Below, piece by piece: positions 1 through 15,982 of a stretch of 32,122 nucleotides of DNA. Source of the DNA: Sphaeroforma arctica JP610 (taxonomy: Eukaryota); the NCBI RefSeq assembly GCF_001186125.1, contig NW_014039648.1, positions 1-32,122 on the forward strand, in the 5' to 3' direction. Position numbers and translations under genes: made by a program. Numbering within the stretch: position 1 is the first letter of the stretch; each line of letters starts with the position of its first letter. Under the pieces are notes generated by a model. It was given only the letters and a program-made list of their open reading frames with translations. It was not told the DNA's origin and ran no database searches.

Positions 1-168
1 GTTATATAAAAGATATCTAATATGTAAACGAAAAAACAAAACAAAATTGCAGACTCGAAGCTCGTGCACACATTCATACACATTATCTCCCGACCGCCAA
101 ATTGGTTTTAATATGATATGTAAAATATATTTAGTCATTAAATTTAGGTAGAATTGATTTCAGTCACA

Positions 169-300
169 GCGCATAATTGGAGGGGGGCGAGAGAGGGGCG
201 CTTAATTTGCGGGAGGCGAGAGGGGGCGCTTAACTTGGAGGAGAGCGAGAGCGTGGCGCTTAATTTGCGGGGGGGAGAGCGGGACGCATATCAGAGGGAG
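169..300. repeat. G-rich minisatellite, ~28-30 bp unit, ~4.5 degenerate copies
   Basis: Successive units: gcgcataattggaggggggcgagagaggg / gcgcttaatttgcgggaggcgagagggg / gcgcttaacttggaggagagcgagagcgtg / gcgcttaatttgcgggggggagagcggg / acgcata..., in an otherwise AT-rich region. Confidence 0.85.
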
Positions 301-359
301 TCTTCTTAGTTTGGTTGAGAGTTTGGACTTGGCAAGCTGGTGATTTAACAACTTCTTGT

Positions 360-386
360 CACAGCCGTCTATTTTAGAAGGCTATG
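360..386. repeat. Short inverted repeat, CATAGCCTTCT/AGAAGGCTATG family
   Basis: cacagccgtct (360-370, 2 mismatches) + atttt spacer + exact agaaggctatg (376-386). Confidence 0.65.
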
Positions 387-1200
387 TTCTTCTTGTGTAT
401 TGAACTTTGCAATAGTGAAAGAAGGTATTTCACTGCACAAGAGTAGAGCAGTTTACCTGATCTCGGAGAGTCGGAGTAACCAATTCTGGTACCTTCAAAG
501 GCCTAAGCAGTAAGCGCACTACATAGTACATATGTAAATACTCTTACATACTTGTTTTTGTCATTTAAAAAAAATGATTTTTAAAACTAAAAAACACACA
601 CAAAAAAGAAGTAAATATGCTTAATTTTGAATTTAGAAGGCCATACACATAATATATTCTTTAGAAATTATGATAGATATTTAACATACACCAAAAGTCA
701 AGGTACTCATCATGGAGGTATTTTTAAATATACATATTTAGTGTCATATTCGTAATTTCGGATTCCCGTGTAAAATATTTATTTCTGTTCTCTGTTTTTG
801 TCTTTTTTTATAAATAGTTTTTTGAAATAGGTTTTTTTCAAAACCAACAAAACAACAACTACAAATTATATAGAAACAAAAAAAATAAAAAGTAAATAAA
901 CTTCTTGACTACATAATAAACTTTAAAGTTTCAAGTTTTAAGTCCACATACTTTTGGTTGATTGTGTCTATATGGCACCCGTGGCTATAGAAATATTAAG
1001 GCCTGAGCCCTTGTATTCTTATATGAACTAAGTGATTTTGTTTTGAATTCATATTCGAAGAAAAAAATGCGTTTAATGAAATTCAAATCACAGAAAAGGA
1101 CAAAATCCCTTGGACAGACCTGAAATTTTTACAACAGAACGAGACAAAACAAAATTCAACATTGTTGAACTACAGTGCAATTGTGCAAACCAACCGATCG

Positions 1201-1238
1201 TACATAGCCTTCTCTTATATAATTTAGAAGGCTATGTA
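1201..1238. repeat. Perfect 13-bp inverted repeat, CATAGCCTTCT/AGAAGGCTATG family
   Basis: tacatagccttct (1201-1213) + 12-nt AT-rich spacer + agaaggctatgta (1226-1238). Confidence 0.9.
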
Positions 1239-2030
1239 TGAAATGATATTTTTTTATAATATTTAGAAGTACGGATCCACGAATTCACGCTCACTAGTTT
1301 AACAGAACATTGACTCTCTCTAGTCTGAGGCGTTGTATTCTATTTCAGGTGATAGGTGGAGATTATGTACCGAAAACTGATACTTGACTGTTGTATCGGT
1401 ATAGATATTGTACACGCCTAATATTCAGTACTTGGGCCAAGGTCGCCTTACGTGGGCCCATAAATATCGACCCTACCTTTTCGAATGGACCGGATGGTTA
1501 TTAATTTTATAGTCACGGGTGCCGTATAGAAACAAACGCTCATAGCCCTTATTTACTATTAGGTTAGTACAATTTTAAAAAACTGACAATAACCAAGTCC
1601 TACTTAACCTCGTTTGCCCTCTCTAGAGAGAGGTCCAAGTTCCTTGCATACCTTAATATTCTAAAGGAGCAGTTATAATGAGTAATTGTTTTACTGAATC
1701 ACTCCAAGTGCAAGGCCTTCTTCAAGAGTGGTGACTGGTGCAGTCTGATCACCCTACTTGGCCCTTTACTTTGTTATAATTTTCTGTCAAAAAGTTGTAA
1801 TTTAAAAAAAAATAAAATATCCAGTGATTAGGATTGTGAAAAGGGCCATTCCGGCATTCCGCCATTGCCGTGAAAAAAAAAACGGCCATTTTGAAGAGGC
1901 CAAAATCCGACCACGACAGCCCTTGGGCATGTGGTGGCCAATATTTTGATTGTTGACAATCGGCGGCCAGAACATTGAATAGTCTAAAGAAAACGCTTCA
2001 ACGAGTATCAACAGAGCTAAAAGAAACATA

Positions 2031-2970
2031 TACATATCCTTCTAAAAGAAACATACGCAGAGAAGGCACTTTCTGAGGATATGACTGCAAAGTCTGAACA
2101 GATTCATGTCGTGGGTTTCACACAGAGGGAACACTGACCTCACATAGGGTATTAAGGTTCAGGGTTTAGGGTTTACTACCTTTGGGTTCATACTGGAGGA
2201 AGACTTCATGAATATAACATCGGTTCCTAATCAGATCTTCTTTGCTTTCAATCCCTTTTCTTCTGTCTATCCTTGCTTACGCACCTGTATAGACAGCCTC
2301 CCATCGTTCGTTCAAAAACTTCATCTAGTCATCTAGTAAGATATTCACGATAGTTTCTTCCCTATCAGAAGCACTATCCTCATCACTAATCAACTCTATA
2401 TCATCAGGTTCAAATTCTTCATTTTGTATAATTGCAGTAAACTTGTTCGGTTGTCTGTCTCCTAAGTTGTGTCTCTTCACCCGGCCACCACTCAAGTTCC
2501 TTGACCTGTTCGACATGACTATCACAACAGAAACTACCAGATACAAGTATGCACACAATTTCTCATATTACATGTCATTGGGAACTCTTGGATAATTGTC
2601 AGGCATTTCGGGGTATAAAATGCCATAATCGATCCTAAAAGTGACTGATATCGACCTAAATAGGGCATATAATGGCAAATTCAAACGGTACAATTTTTGA
2701 GTTTCTTTTTTTGGGTTTGGTGGAGACGTGGAGCTAGAGCCATACATATTTTTCAAAAAGGTGTCCGGGTGATTTTCAAGAGTCAATACAACGGCAACTA
2801 CTAGTACAAGCCGTTTCCGCTATGTATCTAAAACTCCTCGATAGGGGCACTATTTCAAGTATTTAGTATACAGTAGAGTGTAGACTAACTAGACTCACTA
2901 CATACTTACGTCTTCGAGTTCTATGCTTTGTCAAAGTCCGGGGTTGAATATATTTTTAGAAGGCTATGTA
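2031..2970. mobile_element. Candidate non-autonomous TIR element (~940 bp) carrying a degenerate ORF fragment
   Basis: tacatatccttctaaaa (2031-2047) and ttttagaaggctatgta (2954-2970) are 16/17 reverse complements, each with an outer TA. No transposase is recognisable inside. Confidence 0.35.
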
Positions 2971-3335
2971 CGGTTACTGGTTTGAAGTGATGTGAATACA
3001 TCCGACTGTACCATACATTTTTCTTTCTTTATATATATATATATATTCTGGTACATATGGTGCTAATGAAAATAAGTTTTGAGTCATAGTACAAATTAAG
3101 TGGACAAAACAAGAGGTAGACGAAATAAATAAAAGTGGTACGCCCTGATCTCAATAAATTGATTGTATATTTGTATTGTGTGATTTCACTGGTTTGTGTG
3201 CGTCGGACGTTCCCCTCTATATTTTAGTTCTATTTCTATTTTTCTTCTCTACAGAGAGTAAATAGAAATACTGACTCCATTTTTCAAAAATATAATTTTG
3301 TTGGAAGAAACAAGAAAGATATTTTCTACATATGA

Positions 3336-3377
3336 ATAGCCTTCTTCTAAATTTTAAAAATACAAGAAGAGAAGGCT
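3336..3377. repeat. Degenerate inverted repeat, CATAGCCTTCT/AGAAGGCTATG family
   Basis: atagccttct (3336-3345) + 24-nt spacer + agaaggct (3370-3377). Confidence 0.55.
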
Positions 3378-3851
3378 CAAGCCTCAACAAGGTTATGTTT
3401 TTTACATGTACGCCTTCTTCAATCAACCTTGATGAAAGAGCAAGAAAAAGCACACCGATCGTCTTCTGTGATTTAAAAAAAAAAGGTATGCAACTTTTTA
3501 CTTTTTATATATGTAAACTTTTTAAAAGACAAAAAGCAGTGGGCGCACTGGGCAGTGTGCTCTCTAGAGAGTGGCAGTGTGGCACACAACATTACATAGC
3601 TAACAATATTGTAAATGGAAAGTTCTTGAGTTGCTGATTGTGTTTTTGTCGACAATATAGCTATTTCAAGCAACGAGCGTGCACAGGCATACCTCACAAA
3701 TCGCATTTCTCACAAATCAGTGAAATCACAGTTCTCAAAAGTAATTTTAGATCAAATCTGTCATGCAAGTATACTGACCACATTATAGCTACTTAGACAA
3801 CTCCAAGAACATAAAGAGTGATCACATTGGTATTATATTGAGAGCGACACG

Positions 3852-6800
3852 ATGGCGGGAACAAGAGAAAAACGAGGTTTGTTTCAACTCATATTTTTCA
3901 TGATGGCTCAATGCACACGAATTCAAATCAACGGACAAGCAACTGAGGTAAGTTTGTAGCCCGCAATCTATCATGGTCTCATTCAAGCCATTTGACTGGC
4001 CCTTGCTAGCTCTTGATGATGGGTTTTTTATATAGTGTATTTATCTGTACAGTGGACAGCAGAACATGTACAGTAGACTATTTATGTGCGCTTCTTCTTC
4101 GATATTTTCTAAAGTCTACATGTACAATCACGCTGTACACAGAGCAACGAGCTGACATGCGGATACGAGGATGGGGGTGCAATATTTCCGAATGATGTTT
4201 GTTTATGTGAAACAAATACAGGCAATGTGGGCGAACAGGACTGCTTGCCTACTGCTTTTGGTAGGCTTCATCCTACCTAATAATTTCGAGTTCGAATTTG
4301 AAGTTTGGTTTGATATTGTCAAGCGCATATTTTATACATATTCTGGGCTTAAGCAAACCTTACCAAATCTTCATTTACGATATGAGACGTTTTGATACTA
4401 AACTTTGATTTAATGTAACTTCCAAACTATCGGTATAGGTGGCTGTACAATTGGTTCATCATTGGCAGTTACATCTGTGGATATGCTGGTGGTAGAATCT
4501 ACGAAGCAAATAGGTAAGACCGATGTTCAAATGAAAGGGTTGGGATTGGGGTGAGTGTGTATTTTCTTAATTTTCTTACTGTATCGATCGGAGTACAGTT
4601 TGACGGAATTACATTCCCTTGTCCATCTAACTCATAGGAGATAACTATGAGTTCATTGTAAATCACCCACCTTTCCGCGGCTACCGGTTCGTGGAGTTTT
4701 CCCTGGGTGATTGTGTGGTTTCCGCGCTACCTACTGAAAAACTGAATGCTGATATCTCAGTGGTAGGGGTATGTACGATCTATTATGACTTCTTAGCTTG
4801 CGGTGATTTGTCAAACATGTGCTTGCAGTGATGTGATAATATATAGGTTCTTCGGAAGTGTTTGGCTGATTATCCGTCGTAATTGTACAGATGCCTGTAG
4901 AAAACTGTCGATGGCGAGCTAAAGTTAGCGCAAATTTCGAACGGTGCATACTACCAACTTTCAATCAAAAGGTCAGTAGTAATGGTGCAGCGCTCGTATA
5001 CGAAGGACAGCTTGCGTACGCTATTCGTACAGGGACCCAAAGGTACGCGAGGAACGAGTTTTACTCTTATGCTCGACTTAAATTTCGTAACATTCCACTT
5101 TTACTGTCACTGATACCCCTCTTTACTACGTTCTCAATAAGTTCTAACCTATTCTATTGTCAACCGATAGCACTCTATCCGGACAACCCATCATCCGCTA
5201 TGTCCATAATATTGAACTGAAGACGGCGAGATTTGTCGAGAGTAACTTCGATACACCCGTAGTGAGCCGTATAAATGGCGCCTTTGAATCACAGCCGACA
5301 CTCACTTTAGATCGCGTAGAATACGGTATGTGCAAGTCGTAACTGTGTCGAATTAAACAATATGATAGTTTTTTGGAGTTCACATGTCATGGACTGCCAT
5401 GCATTGTAAAATGCTGAGCTGATTCTGTTTTTTCTTCTTTACCTCTTCTGTTATAGGAGACACTGGATTCTTACGGAACGGTGAGGCATTAGTCATGAGA
5501 GGTTTCACGAAAGTCATTCTGAGGAGTGTGGTGAATCACCCTCTCCAAATCTCGCTCACAGTAAGTAAATAGTATATCGCAGTAGTATGTTATCGGCTTC
5601 AACGTTTCTAATAAGATATGTTTTGACTGCATTGCAACGTTAAATAACATTTTATCAATTTTGTTTTGCAATGGCAGAATATCACACTTCAGACGCGTGG
5701 AGAGAGTCATTATGTTCCCACTGTAAACGACATCACGACCACTGATTGCACGGTCAAATCAGGCGACGTGTGCGAGCAGACTGTTCAGTTCAACATATAC
5801 CATAATGGATTGTAAGTTATTACTCATCGTGTCGTCAGTGGTTCCGTTCTGAGTTCTAACCCACATACAATACCCCAAAGACTTATTGATATCACGGGTA
5901 TTCTATTTGTACACCAATTAGATGCGCGATCGACGGACAGTATACACTGCAGGGGTATACATACGATTGTAAACCAGAAGAGGAGAATTGCCCTGGCCCA
6001 ATTAACGCTCCAGCAACATCGGTATGTGCATATGAGACTAATTGAATATTTATTTATGTGTGCAAGCATGGTGTATAAATCAGATCCAAGCCCTGACGGA
6101 TTTCCTTCTCTCCGCCCGCAGTTGATGCTGGGCTCACCCTACATGTGTGTGGGAACGCAAATTTCACCCAAATCACTAGAGCTCGCCACTCGACCGTCAA
6201 CGGGGACGGCGACAGAAATTTCAAAGTATATGACTACAGTTGACCTTGATGCACCTCTGCTGGGCACTCTAAATGCCGATGATGTATGTACAAGTTTCCA
6301 ATATTTTAAGCTCGTCACCTGATAACTCAAGCAACTAATCTAAATTATGTTACTTCTTCTGTTCTTCATTACTTAATGTTATCTATGTTTATTTACAAAT
6401 TATAAATTGAGCCATATGTCATTCTTCCAACAAACAGACTGCGCTTATAACTATAGTACTAAACTCCGGATCAGAGATAAGCATAGTTTCTATGGAACGT
6501 GTTGCGATCACGTACGGTGGAGAGACGCATCAAATTGTGGAAACGGTATGTATGACTTAACCGGTAATTCAATATATTTCAGCTCGGAAGATTACATCGA
6601 CAAGATTTTAAACATACGTCGAGACGGATGGACATCAGTGTGCGTTGCGGGAGTATAGCGACGAGCTATTCTTGTCCAACTGGGCATGATGAAGGCTATT
6701 GCAAAGGTGGTCTGTGTTATCATCGGAGTCCGACTTTCAGGATTTGTTTTTCAATGCTCTGACTCCACTTGACATTCTATGTTGCGCTTTGAAGGATACA

Positions 6801-9800
6801 TCAGTTAATGTAGCACAAGATGGTTCGCGTATCAGGATATCCATACCCTGGTCAACTATCGCAGCACTGCCTGAAAATGATACAACCATCACAGTTACTG
6901 CCACGGCAATAGCAGATAATGGACAAAACTATGAAACAACGACACAGTTCATGGTATGTATCTCCATTGTTGAACACCAAAGTGAATTGTTGCCCTGATT
7001 GCGGCTAAATATATTGTCTGTTTGAAACCTTATAACGTCCCAGTTGTTTCCATTGTTGAAGCACAATAGCTGAATAACATGACCATGCACGCTCAAAATA
7101 CGTCATGCATCTGGCTTCATTGATAGGTGGGAATTAGAGCAGGTCCAGAGAATGCAATTGAGCAAACATCACTGAACACACCCGTAATTAAGGTATGATT
7201 TCTATCGATTTGTGCATTTCTAGCTTTGTGTGTGTATCTGATCCAAGAAAATTTGTTTACGATATTGAACGCAAAGCGGGAAGTTCGAGGTGTACTTATA
7301 CTAAATATCTACTTTTGATATATCCGTAGCTTCTCACAGAAGAAGTCGAGGTTGGAGGCGGCAGACAAGGGTATTCGACGATTGTTCTAAGCTCGAAGAC
7401 TAGTGGAATGTATTCGTTTAATTCCGAGGCCAGTGTGCAACCTAAATTCATCAACGGAAGAAGTGAACGATCAGCGAAAATTCAGGTAGGCAACCCATCA
7501 GCCATGAATAAATCGAAGCGGTAGCAATCATCATTGTGATAACGTGTTGTTTTTTGATATATTTGCATCCTCACGCATGTATTTACTTTGTATTTTATAG
7601 CCTCTGCAGATTGGTTCAAGTAGCGGATGTGTCGCAGGTTCACCATGCGTGCAAAGATTGGCTGTGCGTATAGACCACAATGGAGCCTGCTTCTTGGATG
7701 GCGAAATGAAGATCGAGCGAGTGCCACTGGTCTGTCGAAGTGGCAGCGCCGAAGCCGAGGGATGCTCTCCGACCACGGTTGAGATTCAGGTAATTAGTTA
7801 ACTCCAAACAATGAGAATGCTACTTTTGCTCTATCTGCTCGTTCGCTTCTGTTTGGCTATGCGATACGAAAGAATTTGTACTAATCGTCCTACTGCCTCC
7901 TGTATAATTTAGATCAATATTGATGGATACGATGTTTGCTCTGTAGATTCCACGGTAGTTGGAAAGGCCTTCGAAATAATAATGGATGTCAAAGGAGGTA
8001 TGTGCGCAAAATGTAGTCAGTCTACGCAGATTCATTTCGCTTGGTAGTTGGTAGTCTGATGAACAGAAGGATGATAGTTGTTGAAAGCAAATTTTACATT
8101 TTTAGTAATCATCACAACTATATGATTCAATCTTTTTATCCGTAGCATAATCATGGCTTACTAAATTATAGCATCCTACTTGCTTTGTTGATTCTTCTGA
8201 TTTAATGTCTCCATCAGCGCGGCCAAATATCATTTTGGAGCATACACCAGGGAATCATGTACAATACGATGTAAAGATAGAAAGCCTCAACAAGCTTCAG
8301 CTGACACAGCTGAGTCTCAACTCTATCTTCTCATCGGTGGGAGGTTGCCAGGAGAGACAAAGTGTCAGTGAACATGGACGCCTTAAGTTGCTTGGTTCTG
8401 GCATGGAGGTATTGTGTTTTGGGTTGACATATCAAACTTTTATGCATCAATAATCTGCATCACTACTCACCTCTAACGTCTGTGATAATGCTTCGACGAA
8501 TACGATAATAAGTCCAAGTATATTATCACCACATGTAGGGCGTTGTTGACATAGATCTGGCACCCGCAGTCACCTGCGGGGCATTGTACGACCCAACCGT
8601 GGTGTTACTCGAATTTAACTTCTTGTGCGAATACAGTGCGGGAGCAGCACAGCGAAGGTATAGTTTCTATTTACTGGCGTGCAGTGCCAAATCAAACTTG
8701 TACAAAATGATATCATGTATTGAAGGGATTAATTCAGCGTCTGAAAAGCATAAAGCACGGACAGCGTGGGTCCTCATATTTCTCATATCTCAATCGTCAG
8801 ACGAAGACAAATCACCAATGTGCAGGGCTCATCCAGTGTGGGCCGGCTGCAGAAAGCAATCTCCGTGAAGAAGGCCACGACGGATACGTATGCTGAAACG
8901 GCAACAGCAGCTGACATTGTCGCTAACACGACAGCCACGACCAATACTACCACAGAAGCGACCAATGTGTCCCAGGAACAGAGTACCTCAGTCTCTATGG
9001 GTAGGTCTAGCACTCTTGTTTTATGCCACACTATGCAAACTATGAAATTTGATATATATTTCGCTTAGATTGTAATTAAATTGTCACGATCAGGTCCAAT
9101 ATCGCTTTCGTATCGACATCTTAATCTTTATCATCTCACAAACTAACTATGTTTTTTTACGCTGTGGCAGGTATCATTATTGGCGTGGTGGTGGGCGTAC
9201 TGGTTCTTATCGGCCTGATCGCCTGTCTAATAATGTATTGGGTAATGAGACGCAATCGCAAAAAGAAGGCTCAACGGAAGCAGCCTATCATAGTGACCCA
9301 ACTCTCGCAAGCGAATTCAGTCTTCGGAGTTATGTCCAAGGTATGTAGTATTAGCATCCATGTAGATTATTGGAAGGTTATTTGCATTAAAATTATCTTA
9401 AAGCATAATTGCAATTGTTAAAATATTTTGAATTACGCATTCATATTTTCATATGTAAATCCATCGTTTTTTCTAATTTTCTAACCGTCATTAGGACAAT
9501 ATGAACGCCGCGAGTCAAACGTTATTTAGACTGAAGTCTTGTCCCGGGATAGACGGAGCTGATCAGATGGTAATGGAGGCTGTCGGTGTGATGAATGATG
9601 ACGGAACAGTGGGCAACATACTTCAAGCGGTAAGTACATAAGCTCGATCTTGCTACATTGCCACAACATAGTAAATTGAAATAACATCGATGTCAATCAT
9701 CCTAATTATCTGTTGATCATATCGTGCATACAGCCCAGAACAGCAGATCCATATTCTGGTTCCGGCCCAAAGGCATTCACCTTCGACACGGGGGCTCAAT

Positions 9801-10654
9801 CATTAAACGCTAAGTCGGCTGAACAGTTGAACTATCATATCCAAGAACTGGAGAGGCGGAAGCGTCTCCTCAAAATCCAGCAGCTCAACAGGGATATCAG
9901 TGTGCTCAGCACGGGCGGTGGTGTTGGTGACGGCGCTGGGGCGTATCGGTACAACGATCAACAACCTGCATATGGCGACCTTAGTGCGTTGCGCTCCAGG
10001 AATGGCGGTGGTCCACAGGGCACTACAAAAGCGCTTTCACAAGGCCCCCCTTCATCTAACGGTGTCTCGTCAGACGGCAGTTTTCCTTCTCGCCGCAAGT
10101 CAAGTGCCGAGATTTCTGCACAGTCTTTCATTGTGGAGGAAGAGTACCTGCACCAACCAGACGCCTCTCAAATGAGAGGACATCACGGAAATAAGCCACA
10201 CAGTCCACCTGCTAGCAGACGGAAGAGTGTGGGTTCAGTTTCGAACCAGGACTCTGGGTATGGCAGTCTGCAATACAGTCGCAGCCGATCAAATCGCAGT
10301 TATAACGGGCATTTGATGCAACACAATACTCACATGAATCAAGAGCTACAATATACTATTGAGGCAAACGAACCGCTGGCAGATGATAAATTCAACAACA
10401 ACAATCTTCCTCCGGTAGTCATTATGAAGCCAATGCCGGCCATGCAGGCGGGTGGGAAAGCAGCTGACAACGGCGAAAACAAATTACGACTAAAGAAGTC
10501 GAAATCGAAGAAGACGAAGACGAAGAAAGCAGTAGAGGGTTCGCCATCTACAGTGGGCACAACACCAGCAGGAGAAACAACACCTGCGGGTGCAGTGGAT
10601 GTGCGTCCAAGCACTGAATCTCTGTTTGATATGACCGCGTTTCAAGCAGTTTGA
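3852..10654 (+). CDS. Uncharacterised type I single-pass membrane protein, ~1241 aa, 22 exons
   Basis: Phase-consistent GT-AG exons: 3852-3947, 4143-4260, 4439-4513, 4638-4768, 4891-5042, 5171-5325, 5457-5560, 5678-5811, 5922-6021, 6122-6283, 6438-6545, 6795-6953, 7127-7192, 7330-7485, 7601-7789, 7913-7997, 8218-8408, 8539-8657, 8801-9000, 9171-9340, 9495-9629, 9734-10654 (3726 nt, open throughout). N-terminal MAGTREKRGLFQLIFFMMAQC is signal-peptide-like; TM GIIIGVVVGVLVLIGLIACLIMYWVM is followed by RRNRKKK; the tail is Ser/Gly/Gln-rich. Confidence 0.85.
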
Positions 10655-11109
10655 AACCAAGCTCGAGATTAAGAGTTCGCGACTGTGATCGTTGCGAAAA
10701 TTAGGAAACGTAGAAGTAGTACATGCTACAGTAAATACGCATATAGAATGATTAGTTTTTGTGAATAAAAACCTTAGAATAGATTATCTGCTTTTGATTA
10801 TAAAAGCTCACGAAATTGAGATAAATATTGCGCACAGTCTCAAGAACGATTCAGGGTCTATATTTCTTCGTGGTTGTTTCTTTGACCCGCCAGAACTTCA
10901 GGAGAGCTACACAATAAGCCAAAGTTATACTTGGGCCTTTTATAGAACGATTAGCCATTTGCGGCTCCACATGACATGAAATATAATAGAAGATATGAGC
11001 AAATATCGAATTTTTTTATTTCTTCGCAACTGCTACTGTAAAGAAATTCGTACTCTACACCCGAAGTACACAAAGAGAATTTGTAACAAAAAGCTCATCT
11101 TGGTTGAAT

Positions 11110-15312
<4,203 letters not shown>

Positions 15313-15982
15313 GACTTCAAACTTATGAAAAGCTCTTTTTCAGTACTGCCACCTACACGGTATATAAGTATAAGGGGATGTAAGACAGTTATGGTGTGGT
15401 GTGTGGTATGAACTTGACCAAGATTCCTATTCAAAAATGTGTATTTTTCAAGGCAGCTGTTTTATTGCACTTATGGTCGTTTTGGAAATTTATTTTAGTT
15501 TTGGATATTTATAACTAATGAGGACAAATAATGTCCAAAATATTCGGACCGGTGGTGCGAGAGTAAATGAAATGGGTGTCATCATCATGCCAATCGAAAC
15601 AACCTCAAAATGTCAACTTTTTACGATCTTTTGTAGATTACGGATCCACAAGAAGTAAATATGTAAACTCCTGTAAACTCCTAATATACATATTTAAACG
15701 CATTCGTCGTTTGCACACGCATTCAAGCTCGTTATATACCACAGATGGTCTATCTTCTAGTCAACACACGACTACCATTTATAATCATCCATCCACAGAG
15801 TGAAAGGTCTTAGGCTGATAAAATGTGCGAGTTCTCTAGGCGGCACCTTTAGTGTATATTCAACTACTTTCAGAACTTCACCTTCGATATATCCGATAAA
15901 ATGAACACACTACACAGTATAAGAATATATTATAGCTGAAGCCTGAGATATATACACAGATAACCAGCAAGTCACCTAAAAA
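15313..15982. promoter_or_regulatory. Probable bidirectional promoter region between NDUFS2 and HRD1
   Basis: Head-to-head ATGs at 15312 (-) and 15983 (+) with 670 bp between them. No specific sites identified. Confidence 0.5.

Noticed and set aside
169..300. CRISPR-like array interpretation of the G-rich repeat
   Set aside because: Units are contiguous without unique spacers, there are no cas genes, and the context is eukaryotic.
2145..2174. Telomere-like tagggt/ttcaggg/tttaggg run
   Set aside because: Only one perfect TTTAGGG plus degenerate neighbours; too short to call an interstitial telomeric array.
6685..6762. Possible intronic C/D snoRNA (ATGATGA...CTGA, ~78 nt)
   Set aside because: The terminal stem is weak, no rRNA-complementary guide is recognisable, and the CTGAC lies ~30 nt from the acceptor where a branch point is expected.
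10640..10654. C-terminal FQAV as a PDZ-binding motif
   Set aside because: The -2 residue is Gln, which fits neither the class I (S/T) nor the class II (hydrophobic) consensus.
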